Assembly (NCBI GenBank): GCA_050485745.1
Contig: JBJHBY010000003.1
Span: 1-41,322 of the forward strand
DNA from: Gammaproteobacteria bacterium
GTDB taxonomy: Bacteria > Pseudomonadota > Gammaproteobacteria > Pseudomonadales > CAMLJR01
Length of the DNA: 41,322 nucleotides
Direction of reading: 5' to 3'
Numbering within the stretch: position 1 is the first letter of the stretch; every line of letters begins with the position of its first letter. Shown piece by piece: positions 1 to 9,298 of this stretch. Both the position numbers and the translations under genes were made by a program. Below the pieces are notes generated by a model that saw only the letters and a program-made list of their open reading frames with translations, was not told the origin of the DNA and did no database searches.

Positions 1-1518
1 GGTTCGGACATGCCGTTTCCAATCGGCGACCCGGCCCAGCGCGAGATTTTGGGGCAGGTTTCGCTGGCGCAGGCCGACCGTGCCAGCATCGACGGCGGGT
101 TGGCGGCCCGGGGCGACGTGGTAGTGGTGACACTGAACTATCGCCTGGGCCTGTTCGGCTGGTTGCACCATCCCCTGCTGCAGGCGCCGCCGGATGTGGA
201 CGGCAGCGCCAGCGTCGGCTCGTCCAGCATTGGCTCTTCCAACTTCGGTACATTGGACCAGATTGCCGCCCTGCAATGGGTGCGGGACAACATCGCATCC
301 TTCGGGGGAGATCCTGACCGGGTCACCCTGTTTGGCGAGTCTGCCGGGGGCGACAATGTGCTGGCGCTGCTGGTGTCGCCCCGGTCCCGGGGCCTGTTCC
401 ATCGCGCCATCATCCAGAGCGGCAGCGGCCGCAGCGTTGACCTTCAGGCCGCCGCGAACCCGGTGGATGCAGACCCCGCCGGCCTGCCCCTGAGCAGCAC
501 GGAAATCATTGCCCGGCTGCTGCAGGATACCGGCAGGGCGGAGAGCCGCGGCCAGGCTCTGGCAATGATCGAGCGTGAGGGGCCGCGTCTTGCGCCCTGG
601 TTACGCCAGCAGCCCGTGGCGGCATTGATGTCGGCGTTCGCCTCCCTTGCCGCGGAGCACATGAACGCCACCGGCGCGCCGGCTTCGCTGCCGGTGTTGT
701 TGCGCGATGGCGAGGCGCTGCCGGAGGAGGGCATCCGGGCGGCCATCGCGGCGGGGCGTTTTCATCGGGTGCCGGTGATGATCGGCGCCACCCGTGACGA
801 ATTCACCATCCTGCTGCCGTTTATCACACCGCGCACCCGCTTCTATGAGACGGGTGCCGATGGCTGGCCACGGGTCACCGACCCCGGGGATTACCAGCTT
901 GCCGCGGCACTGCTGAGCCAGCAGTTCTGGCGTTATGCGGTGGATACGCCCGCTCGCCATATTGGCAGGCATGCTCCCGTGTTTGTGTACCGGTTCGACT
1001 GGGATCAGCTGCGGCCGGCGCCCTGGCTGGGTGGCCTGGAACTGGGTGCAACCCATGGGCTCGACGTCGCCTTTGTGTTTGGCAGCCGGGATCTCGGGCC
1101 GGACTATCTGCAGATGAACCTGCTGGGTGAGGATGGCCTGCCCGGCTACACGCGATTGTCCAGCGCCATGATTGACTACTGGGCCGGCTTCGCCGCGGAA
1201 GGACTGCCCGGGAGTGGGCGGCACGGCCACTGGCCCTGGTGGCCGCGATGGCACGGTGATTCAGGCGGTGCCTGGATGCGGTTGGATGATCCCGGCTCTG
1301 GTGCTGAAGTTGGCCCCAGCTCCGGTGTCGGTGGCCTGGCGGTGGAGCTGACGCCCCCGGTACCGGCGCTCCCGGCAACCTTGCAGCGGCTGCAAGGGGA
1401 GCAGGGGCTGCAGCGGCATTGCGAATTCCTGCGGGACATCGAGCAGCTGGGGCGCTTTGTCGGCCTGCCCGACGATACCTTTGTGCGGCACCGCTCACCG
1501 ATGTGTGATACCCACTGA
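1..1518 (+). CDS. type-B carboxylesterase/lipase family protein (5' end probably outside window)
   Basis: The frame of ORF 10..1518 stays open back to base 1. It contains VVVVTLNYRLGLFGW and the nucleophile elbow FGESAGG typical of type-B carboxylesterases. These motifs lie unusually close to the ORF start, so the N-terminus is probably cut by the window edge. Confidence 0.8.
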   Translation, partial: GSDMPFPIGDPAQREILGQVSLAQADRASIDGGLAARGDVVVVTLNYRLGLFGWLHHPLLQAPPDVDGSASVGSSSIGSSNFGTLDQIAALQWVRDNIASFGGDPDRVTLFGESAGGDNVLALLVSPRSRGLFHRAIIQSGSGRSVDLQAAANPVDADPAGLPLSSTEIIARLLQDTGRAESRGQALAMIEREGPRLAPWLRQQPVAALMSAFASLAAEHMNATGAPASLPVLLRDGEALPEEGIRAAIAAGRFHRVPVMIGATRDEFTILLPFITPRTRFYETGADGWPRVTDPGDYQLAAALLSQQFWRYAVDTPARHIGRHAPVFVYRFDWDQLRPAPWLGGLELGATHGLDVAFVFGSRDLGPDYLQMNLLGEDGLPGYTRLSSAMIDYWAGFAAEGLPGSGRHGHWPWWPRWHGDSGGAWMRLDDPGSGAEVGPSSGVGGLAVELTPPVPALPATLQRLQGEQGLQRHCEFLRDIEQLGRFVGLPDDTFVRHRSPMCDTH

Positions 1519-1519
1519 C

Positions 1520-2680
1520 TCAGTGTTCGCATTCTGTCGCGCTGTCGTCCAGCAGCGCGACGCTCTTGAGCACAATGCGTACCAGCTCGGCCTGGCGGCG
1601 TGCGCCGGTCTTGGAATAGATTTTCTTGGAGTAGGTTCGGGCACTGTTTTCCGTGATGCCCATGGCCACTGCAGCCTCGGCCAGTGACAGGCCGCGTGCC
1701 AGCAGCACGGTGAGTCGCGCTTCAGATGGGGTCAGCCCCAGCAGTCGCGCCAGGGTGTGTGCCGGTGGAATGACCGGTGTCTGACCACTCAAGTAGAGCG
1801 TCAGGCGGGGTCGTGCCGGGTGCCGGTACCAGTGGCTGCCTGGTGTGGAGCGCACCAGAACATCCATGCTTTCACCCTGATGGCTGAGGCGGATGACCTC
1901 GGAGAATGCCGCGCCGGAACGGCTCGAATCCTGTTGCAGGCCCAGGGTGATCAGCTCGCGCAGGCGCCGGGCCTGCTCCCTGCCGGTGGCGCTGATGCGA
2001 CGGTCGCGCAGGGTCAGGCAGGGGTTGGCGGCGAGGATGTGGCGGGCGGCGTCGTTGCAGTCCATCACCCGTGCCTGGCCGTCGAGGATCACCGCGCCGA
2101 TGCCAAGCTTGTCGAGCACATCGCGGTAGATCGCCTTCTCCAGTTCATTGGACTTGATGCGTGCGAAGAGCGCCAGGGCATTTTCCAGATGCGGATGCAG
2201 CCGCCGCATCAGTTGTCGATGCCACTCGCCGAAATCCTCACGGTCGGGACCATTCATCAGGCCGAGCTGGCAGCTCCAGCCGCCCGCCTCGACAATGCAC
2301 AGCCCGAGCTGGTGTTCGAGCCGGTAGGGTGAGGCAAAGCGCTGATAGTACTCGGAGGCGTGAAACGCCTCGATATCCACGATTTCCGAAAGGGTGTACA
2401 GATCCCCCGAGTGGCGCAGCATCCTGGCGAGTGGATCGAGGTGCCCCAGCTCCATCCGCCGCGCCGCGGCGAGCTCCAGCGCTTCGCTCTCCATGGGCTC
2501 GCGGGTAATCCAGATCGATACGGAACGCATGTCCGTGCGCGCCGGCTGCAGGGACAGCCCGGCAATATCGCAGTCGCAGACCTCGCGCAAGGCACTGGCA
2601 AAGCTTTGCCAGGGCTGATCCTCCAGCGTGCCCTGGTAGATGGTGTGAATCAATGCGTCGACGGTGCTGCTGAGTGTCAT
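1520..2680 (-). CDS. LuxR-family transcriptional regulator (N-terminal sensory region, C-terminal HTH)
   Basis: C-terminal LuxR/GerE-type HTH: LTPSEARLTVLLARGLSLAEAAVAMGITENSARTYSKKIYSKTGARRQAEL. Start placed at ATG 2680 (MTLSSTV...); the ORF is open up to 2806, so the start is uncertain. The stop is 1 nt from the convergent esterase stop. Confidence 0.75.
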   Translation of the reverse strand: MTLSSTVDALIHTIYQGTLEDQPWQSFASALREVCDCDIAGLSLQPARTDMRSVSIWITREPMESEALELAAARRMELGHLDPLARMLRHSGDLYTLSEIVDIEAFHASEYYQRFASPYRLEHQLGLCIVEAGGWSCQLGLMNGPDREDFGEWHRQLMRRLHPHLENALALFARIKSNELEKAIYRDVLDKLGIGAVILDGQARVMDCNDAARHILAANPCLTLRDRRISATGREQARRLRELITLGLQQDSSRSGAAFSEVIRLSHQGESMDVLVRSTPGSHWYRHPARPRLTLYLSGQTPVIPPAHTLARLLGLTPSEARLTVLLARGLSLAEAAVAMGITENSARTYSKKIYSKTGARRQAELVRIVLKSVALLDDSATECEH

Positions 2681-2902
2681 GACCGGGCGGCTTTGGGTGG
2701 CGTCTTTCGGTTGATTATGGTGAAGCGTTCCGCGCCGTCCTATAGAAGAAAAATGCCTTTCTTTCGAAGCTTGCGCGCATTGCGCGCTCGGCAACCATGG
2801 ATTCAACCCGGACTCTCCATTTGGGTACTTACCTGCCGCTCGTTGCCCTCTAGTTTTCTCCCTGTGTCCACCCGCTTCGGGTGATCATCAGGGAGATGAA
2901 TC

Positions 2903-5146
2903 ATGTTGAATAAAAAAATTCCGGGTTTGCGCGGCGTCCAGTATCGTGTGCCAGCACCTCCGGGCAGGGCTGTCTGGTCCACATGGCTTGGCTGCGTCGG
3001 TCTGACGGCACTTTGCGCGACCACACCCCCTGCCCTGGCACAGGGCAGCTCGTTGGTTCTGGACGAGGTCGTGGTCACCGCGCGCAAGCGCGCCGAGACC
3101 ATTCAGGAAGTGCCGATGGCGATCACCGCACTCGATCAGGACCTTCTCGAACGCATCGGGTTCAGCAATCTCACCGACCTCGCGGAGAAGGTGCCCTCGC
3201 TGTCAATGGCGCCCTATCCCAACAACAGCTCCGCGATGGTGGTGTTCATGCGCGGCGTCGGCACGGTGGACTCGGAACAGATCGCCCGCGACCCCGGCGT
3301 CGGTATCTATCTCGATGACGTCTATCTGGGCCGGGCCCAGGGCCTGGCGGGGGATCTCGCGGATATCGAACGTATCGAAGTGCTGCGCGGGCCACAGGGC
3401 ACGCTCTATGGTCGCAATACCATCGGCGGGGCCATCAAGTTCCTGACCGCCGGCCCGACGGGCGAGTTCGGTTTTCGTCAGCACCTGAGCGTGGGCAACC
3501 GCGACAACCGCCGCTCGGTCACGCGCATTGACCTGCCCGAGGCCGCCGGAGTGAGTGCCCGCCTGACTTACCTGATGGCTCATGAGGGCGGCTGGGTCAA
3601 CCAGCCTGGCCGCAGTGCCGACTTCGGCGAGCGCGACAAGGAAGGCTATCGCATTGCCCTGCGCTGGCGGCCCCATGCCGACGTCCAGGTCGACTATGCC
3701 CACGACCACGCCACCCAGGAAGGGGTCAGTTTCTATCAGCAGCGGGGTGGGCCAGGGCTGTTTGGAGGCCTCTTTACCACGCCGCTCTCTGGCTCGCGCC
3801 GCGGTACCGCCATTCGCGCCTCGGAACTGCCCCTGCGGGATGACTTCGAGATCGACGGCCATGCACTCACCCTGCAGTGGGAAGTCTCCGACCAGATGAG
3901 CCTGCGCTCTGTGACCGCGTACCGCGAAACCGAGGCAAGCAGTGTGCATGACACCCTCGAAGCCTTTGGCATTCCCGCGGCCTTCAGCAGCGACACCGAC
4001 CAGGAGCAGTGGTCGCAGGAATTGATGCTCAGCGGCTTCACCCAACGGGTGGATCTCGACTACTCCCTGGGTCTGTTCTGGTTCCGGGAGAAGGCCAGTC
4101 AGGCGACGCGGTCCTTGCAGGACCCCTTCTCACTGGTGGTCGACCCGATGAATCCGGTGAATGTGTTTCGCCCTCCGGTGATGGCGGACCTTCTGCCGAA
4201 CCCGAGGGCAGAAGTCGTCAACCGGGCGCAGGCCATTTACGGGCAGGTGACCTGGACGCCCGCGTTGATGGATGGGCGCTGGGGCCTGACCGTGGGTGGG
4301 CGTTACTCCAGGGATCGGCGAGAGATTGAGCGTTCGTTCCAGGGCATGCCCTACGATGCGGATAGCGCTCGCTACTCCAGCTTCGATCCCGGCGTTACGC
4401 TCAATTTCCGTTGGTCCCATGACATTCAGGCCTATCTGTCGCGGTCCCAGGGCTACCGCACAGGAGGCTTCAACCTGCGCTCTCCCGCGGGGAGCGACCC
4501 TTTCGATCCAGAGGACCTCGTAACCTGGGAGGCAGGTTTGAAGGCGTCATGGTCCCATCGCGTGCGCACCAATCTGGCCGTGCATCGAGGTGTTTACGAC
4601 GATATCCAGCTGGACTTTATCCAGCCCCTGACCAACGAAATCAGCACAGTCAACGCGGGCAAGGCAAGGCTCGAAGGCGCGGAGCTGGAAAGCCGGTTGT
4701 TGTTGAGTGAAAGCATTGAGCTGGGGCTGAGCTACGCCTATCTGCGGGCGCGGCGAGACGGTGAGGTCGTGAATCCGTTTTCCGGACAAGTATTGGAAGA
4801 CCTGTCCATGCCATTCTCACCCCGCCACAAAGTACATGTAACCGGCGAATATCGCATGCCCCGTGGGCGGCTGGGGCAGCCCCTGGCCTGGGTGTCATAT
4901 AGCTGGGAAGCGAAACAGACGACCAATGGCGGGCCGGGAACTGCCCTGGAACCCAAGCCGTCCTATGGACTTCTGGATGCCAGGGTCGCACTTGTGGACA
5001 TTCCGGTTCGTGGCGAAGGAGGGCTGAACGTTGCGGTATGGGGAAGGAACCTGTTGGGCAAGGACTACCTGATGTATCGGCTCTATGGTGCGGACATTTA
5101 CGGGGAGCCGAGGAGTTACGGTATCGACCTGACGTTTGAGTACTGA
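2903..5146 (+). CDS. TonB-dependent outer-membrane receptor
   Basis: 747-aa ORF. It has a signal-like N-terminus ending ...PPALAQG and a plug region (LDEVVVTARKR, IERIEVLRGPQGTLYGRNTIGGAIKF). A long beta-rich body ends in the aromatic terminus ...YGIDLTFEY. Confidence 0.9.
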   Translation: MLNKKIPGLRGVQYRVPAPPGRAVWSTWLGCVGLTALCATTPPALAQGSSLVLDEVVVTARKRAETIQEVPMAITALDQDLLERIGFSNLTDLAEKVPSLSMAPYPNNSSAMVVFMRGVGTVDSEQIARDPGVGIYLDDVYLGRAQGLAGDLADIERIEVLRGPQGTLYGRNTIGGAIKFLTAGPTGEFGFRQHLSVGNRDNRRSVTRIDLPEAAGVSARLTYLMAHEGGWVNQPGRSADFGERDKEGYRIALRWRPHADVQVDYAHDHATQEGVSFYQQRGGPGLFGGLFTTPLSGSRRGTAIRASELPLRDDFEIDGHALTLQWEVSDQMSLRSVTAYRETEASSVHDTLEAFGIPAAFSSDTDQEQWSQELMLSGFTQRVDLDYSLGLFWFREKASQATRSLQDPFSLVVDPMNPVNVFRPPVMADLLPNPRAEVVNRAQAIYGQVTWTPALMDGRWGLTVGGRYSRDRREIERSFQGMPYDADSARYSSFDPGVTLNFRWSHDIQAYLSRSQGYRTGGFNLRSPAGSDPFDPEDLVTWEAGLKASWSHRVRTNLAVHRGVYDDIQLDFIQPLTNEISTVNAGKARLEGAELESRLLLSESIELGLSYAYLRARRDGEVVNPFSGQVLEDLSMPFSPRHKVHVTGEYRMPRGRLGQPLAWVSYSWEAKQTTNGGPGTALEPKPSYGLLDARVALVDIPVRGEGGLNVAVWGRNLLGKDYLMYRLYGADIYGEPRSYGIDLTFEY

Positions 5147-5166
5147 ATCTCGGTGGGGTAGCCTGA

Positions 5167-5568
5167 CTAGCTGTCCTGGATTTTCTTGCGGGCGTTTCTC
5201 GATTTGCGGCTCTCCAGTCGCTTTTTCAGTGGTGCCATGGTGGTGGACTGGAGCGCACGAACCAGTTCCATCATCTCCTTTGGCAGCGCAATGGGTTCAT
5301 AGAGCCAGTCTTCGCGTTCACAGATTTCTTGCCATTTCTTCTCGATGCGGGAGGTGGCTCTGGAGATCTGCGACTGCGTGACGCCGTACCGCGCGCTCGC
5401 TTCCTTATGTTTCAAGCCTTCGACCAGTACAGATCGGGCGGCCTCAATGGTCGCCTGGCTCTGCAGTTTCATCGAGGCGACGGTGATTTCGAAATGCTCG
5501 GGGGTCATTGGCTCTACAGGTTCATCATCGTGATGGGCGTGTTCTGATCCCTTGCCTGGCCGCTGCAT
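5167..5568 (-). CDS. KorA/TrfB-like DNA-binding repressor family protein
   Basis: By recollection the core segment resembles plasmid RK2 KorA: FE..V..M.L....IEAARSVLVEG......ARYGVTQSQISRATSRIEKKW versus FQEAIQGLEVGQQTIEIARGVLVDG...GLTRGAVSQAVHRVW. Start chosen at ATG 5568, preceded by TAGGAGAG 9 nt upstream. ATG 5508 and the ORF start 5625 are alternatives. Confidence 0.6.
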   Translation of the reverse strand: MQRPGKGSEHAHHDDEPVEPMTPEHFEITVASMKLQSQATIEAARSVLVEGLKHKEASARYGVTQSQISRATSRIEKKWQEICEREDWLYEPIALPKEMMELVRALQSTTMAPLKKRLESRKSRNARKKIQDS

Positions 5569-5790
5569 TATCCCAGCTCTCCTATCCGCTGCAATCTCCG
5601 TTCGAGAAAAATCGCCGTGACGCAACGGCGACGTCGGCCATCATTGTGATATAAATATGCCTTGTTTTCATTTTTATTTTGCTTTTAGTGATTTATATAT
5701 AACAAATCAAGTCTCCGAATGGTAATTGTTCAGAGAGACGTTTTCTGATCACGCAGGGCGACTCAGGTCGCATCAGGGAGGAGTTTGATC

Positions 5791-6036
5791 ATGGGGAAAG
5801 CGGTCAAGCCGCAAGGTCGATCCGAGGCGATGACGCCAGGGAGCCGACCCTTGCAGCTGCTCGAACTATTGGCCACACAGAATATGACGCTCTATGAGGC
5901 GGCCTCGCATCTGAACATCAGTGTCAGTACGGCCAACCAGCATGTTGCCGCCGCAAAACGGGCCTTGAACGCCCGCACCACGACGGCGGCTGTTGTCGAG
6001 GCGGTAAGGCGTGGGTTGATTGCCGTGAAAACATGA
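5791..6036 (+). CDS. small stand-alone LuxR/GerE-type HTH protein
   Basis: About 81 aa, with HTH-like MTLYEAASHLNISVSTANQHVAAAKRALNARTTTAAVVEAVRRGLI. ATG 5791 is preceded by GGGAGGAG (5776..5783). The track starts the ORF at TTG 5785. Confidence 0.55.
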   Translation: MGKAVKPQGRSEAMTPGSRPLQLLELLATQNMTLYEAASHLNISVSTANQHVAAAKRALNARTTTAAVVEAVRRGLIAVKT

Positions 6037-6136
6037 ATCCGGGAGTGGGCTGAATCTGTGCTTCACAGGCCGGGATGGCCTGTGGTAGCTTCAGGGTTCT
6101 GAATCATTCCTCGTATCCAGGGACGGAGACGCAGCA

Positions 6137-7501
6137 ATGGCTATTCTGGAGCAGTGCCTTTTTCACCCTTCATCAACCCCGAGGCTTTCTGAACCCCTGA
6201 GTGTGATCGACCGCCTGACCGGCCCGGTCTGTATCGGCGGCATCTACTATTTCAGTGGTCAGCCTGATTTTCCCCGCCTTAAGAACGCTTTGCGCGAAGC
6301 GTTGAATCTGTACCCGTGGCTTGCGGGACGACTTGCCAGTGAGGGCCATTCCCTGGAGGTGCAGTATCCAGGTAATGGCCTGATGTTCACTCTGTCGGAT
6401 GGTGATGCCGAACCACCTTCGGCGGGTTTGATGCTGGAGCCTGGGCAGGCCATGAGCCTGGTCGATGCCGCTGTAGATGCCCACGATGTTGTCAATGGCG
6501 ACTCGCCGCTGACGTTCATACGGGTAACGCGAATGCGCCATGGCGGTTTTGCCCTGGGAGTGCGCAACGTGCACTGTATTGCGGATGGGGTGGGCTTCTC
6601 ACGCTTTCTTTCTGCCTGGAGTGCTCTTTATCGCGGGGAGAGGCCGGCACTTCCGGGTTGGTACAGCCGCGCGACCATTGATGCTTTGGCCAAAGGCTCT
6701 GGCATGCAGCCCAGTTCAGCGCTTCACGTGGCACCCAGTCCGAACTTTGACGTCCGGGAGTGTCTTCGCTCTCGTCAGGACAACTTTTCATCGGTCTGGA
6801 TACAGATCCCTGCGGAAGCCTTGTCGGCGCTGGTTCAGCGTGCTCGCAGGCAGGCAGCAATGAAACTGTCCAGCTCGGATGTTCTGCATGGGCTGCTCTG
6901 GCGTGGCAGCGCAAAGGCTTCGGTCTATGCCTGCGAAGGCGTGTATCGAATCTATTCAATCTTTGATTTCAGGCGAGTAGAGGGCCTTGGTATACCGCCG
7001 GATTTTTCCGGGAATGCGTTGATGGAGCGGCGGGCTTCATATTCCTTGTCCGGACTTATCGGTTGTTCATCCGGGGAAGCCGCGATGCAATTCAGGCAAC
7101 AGACGAAGCCGCTTTCCTCCCATGACGTGTGTCGGGATATTGCATTTTTCCGTAGAGAGTTGCGCATGGGGCGGATTGATACACGTACTGGCAGGTTCGA
7201 TGGCTTTATGCGTCAGAGCGTCGTGGATTGCCTGGAAGGCAGAGGCGTTTATGTCAACGACATGCGCCATCTCTGCAATAGTGGAATTGACTTCGGCTGC
7301 GTGCCTATTGGCTATGAGATTCTACCGGCCATGGGGTGGCCCTTTGCCGGTGTTTATTCGCTGCAGGGCGGTGGTGTGGGTATTCGCTATGTGGGGTGGC
7401 GTGAACAGATTCCGGTTTTTTCCGAAGCGCTGCGCGAAGCCTTTGAGGACATCGACGAACTCGATATCCAGAGGGCCTTTATTGCCCTCTCCTCACCGTA
7501 A
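6137..7501 (+). CDS. BAHD/HxxxD-type acyltransferase (transferase-family fold)
   Basis: 454 aa. Catalytic-type motif VRNVHCIADGVGFSRFLSAWSALYRG (HxxxDG) at mid-protein, plus a C-terminal DFGWG-like motif (NSGIDFGCVPIG). The N-terminal ...LKNALREALNLYPWLAGRL... pattern is typical of the family. No obvious TM segment. Spot-counted lines are about 52% GC, below the neighbouring genes. Confidence 0.65.
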   Translation: MAILEQCLFHPSSTPRLSEPLSVIDRLTGPVCIGGIYYFSGQPDFPRLKNALREALNLYPWLAGRLASEGHSLEVQYPGNGLMFTLSDGDAEPPSAGLMLEPGQAMSLVDAAVDAHDVVNGDSPLTFIRVTRMRHGGFALGVRNVHCIADGVGFSRFLSAWSALYRGERPALPGWYSRATIDALAKGSGMQPSSALHVAPSPNFDVRECLRSRQDNFSSVWIQIPAEALSALVQRARRQAAMKLSSSDVLHGLLWRGSAKASVYACEGVYRIYSIFDFRRVEGLGIPPDFSGNALMERRASYSLSGLIGCSSGEAAMQFRQQTKPLSSHDVCRDIAFFRRELRMGRIDTRTGRFDGFMRQSVVDCLEGRGVYVNDMRHLCNSGIDFGCVPIGYEILPAMGWPFAGVYSLQGGGVGIRYVGWREQIPVFSEALREAFEDIDELDIQRAFIALSSP

Positions 7502-7507
7502 TCCGGC

Positions 7508-8263
7508 TTACGCGGGTGTGAAACGTCCGTCCTGTATGCACATGCGTTGGTAGCCGTCGAAGCTGTAGCCCAGCCTCTCGATATCATCGGCATACAGGTC
7601 TTGCACCCTCTCAATGGCTGCGGGGGTGTAAGCGTCCCGGTAAGAGGCGCGCCTCGAGGCGTTGACGTGCTCCAGGCGCGCCTCCACACCCAGCGTGGCG
7701 GCGATGCGGTTGAAGTCCTCGCTGATGGTCTCGAAGCAGGCCAGGTCATTGATCAGCGGGCGGCCGCGTCGGTCACAGATAAACCGGCTTTGGGGCCAGA
7801 AGTGGATGTGGCTGTACAGGCGCTCCGGCGTCAGCCACTCCAGCACAAATTGATTGAAGTCTTCGATGTCGCTGAGGTGTTCTCCGGCCCAGGCCTTGTC
7901 CCTGTCATCCCAGCCGCCGCCTTTCAGATAGCTGTAGGCGGAGTAGAGGCGGTCCCATGGGTTGCGCACGAAGGCGAACTTGTAATACTCGCGAAACGTC
8001 TTTCTGCCATAGATGACTCGGTACTGGATGGCCGTATAGTGATAGGGCAGGGCGCCGAACAGGCCGGTGGCGACCGAGGTGCCGGCGGATTTGGTGATGT
8101 GGACGAAAATAGCCCGATGGTCGTCGAACGGCTTGAGTGAGAAGTTCGCCTTGTCATGCCGGTTGACCTGGGTGCGGAGCCGGCGGTACTGGGCCGGATG
8201 GCGCAGCTTGTACAGCCAGAGCCGGGTTTCGTAGGGCACCAGGGCCCGGTACAGCGTTCTCAT
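7508..8263 (-). CDS. sulfotransferase family protein (PAPS-dependent type)
   Basis: 5'-phosphosulfate-binding-like loop AIFVHITKSAGTSV and 3'-phosphate-binding-like FVRNPWDRLYSAYSY. Size (251 aa) fits the family. Confidence 0.75.
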   Translation of the reverse strand: MRTLYRALVPYETRLWLYKLRHPAQYRRLRTQVNRHDKANFSLKPFDDHRAIFVHITKSAGTSVATGLFGALPYHYTAIQYRVIYGRKTFREYYKFAFVRNPWDRLYSAYSYLKGGGWDDRDKAWAGEHLSDIEDFNQFVLEWLTPERLYSHIHFWPQSRFICDRRGRPLINDLACFETISEDFNRIAATLGVEARLEHVNASRRASYRDAYTPAAIERVQDLYADDIERLGYSFDGYQRMCIQDGRFTPA

Positions 8264-8368
8264 CGCTTGCGTTATTCCACTGTGCAGCTGCGGCGGCCGT
8301 TCGCCAGTCGCTGGCTATAATAGCCTACACACTGGCAATGCGCTTTTGGGCGCCTCGGAGTATGCAGG

Positions 8369-9214
8369 ATGTTTGTCGCTGACCGGCTGGTCTTCCTCGA
8401 GTTGCACAAGACTGGCGGCACCCATATCGGCCGCTGGCTGGGTGAGCTGGTCGGGGGAGAGCAGATCGGCAAGCATAACCGCCTGCCCGCCGCGTTGGCG
8501 GACCGTTTCATCCTTGGCTCTGTGCGCAACCCCTGGGACTGGTATGTCTCCCTCTGGGCCTATGGCTGTGGGGGGGAGGGCAGTGTTTACGTGCAGACGA
8601 CCCGGCGCTTGAGCTTTCGCTACTGCCATCAGCAGCTTGCCGCCGAGATGGGGCGTGATCGTGCCGGGCCCCGGGAGTGGTTGCTGCAGTGTGGCCATGA
8701 CCTGGTCAAGCCGGTGGCAGCCTGGCGCAGTTGCTACCGGGATGCCGATGACGCCCGGGCGTTTCGGCGCTGGCTGCACATGCTGCTTGACCCGGCGCGC
8801 CGCTTCGATATGGCCGAGGGCTACGGCTTCAGCCCGGTTGCTCACTGTGGCGGCCTGATGACCTACCGCTACCTGAAGCTCTTTACCCGCCTGGGTGATT
8901 CGTTGTACCGGGATGAGCGGCTGGCCAGGCCGCAGGGGCTGCGCGAGGCCTGGCGTGATAGCCGTCTGGTCAGCTATCTGGTGCGCAACGAGCATCTCGA
9001 GGACGACCTGCTGGAGGCGCTGGAGCGAGCCGGGTATCCGCCGCGGGCCGAGCAGCGTGAGGCGCTGTTGCAGGCGCGCTCCAGAAAGACGAACAGTTCA
9101 AGGCGTCGCTCCACGGATTTCTACTATGATGAAAGTTCGATTGAGCTGGTGGCCCGCCGCGAGGCGCTGATCATCGAGGAGCATGGCTATCAGCCGCCAC
9201 TGGGCATTGCGTAA
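8369..9214 (+). CDS. sulfotransferase family protein (second, divergent copy; distinct sequence)
   Basis: LVFLELHKTGGTHIGRWL (PSB-like loop) and GSVRNPWDWYVSLWAYG (PB-like motif). It is divergent from 7508..8263 across a 105-bp spacer that contains a TATAAT (8316..8321). Confidence 0.65.
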   Translation: MFVADRLVFLELHKTGGTHIGRWLGELVGGEQIGKHNRLPAALADRFILGSVRNPWDWYVSLWAYGCGGEGSVYVQTTRRLSFRYCHQQLAAEMGRDRAGPREWLLQCGHDLVKPVAAWRSCYRDADDARAFRRWLHMLLDPARRFDMAEGYGFSPVAHCGGLMTYRYLKLFTRLGDSLYRDERLARPQGLREAWRDSRLVSYLVRNEHLEDDLLEALERAGYPPRAEQREALLQARSRKTNSSRRRSTDFYYDESSIELVARREALIIEEHGYQPPLGIA

Positions 9215-9298
9215 CCGGTTGGGGCGCGATGCTGCCTGGCTGCCGCCCGCTGGGCGCGGTGGCCTTCCCGCCCCGACCCCCGACACACAGGTTGTTTC

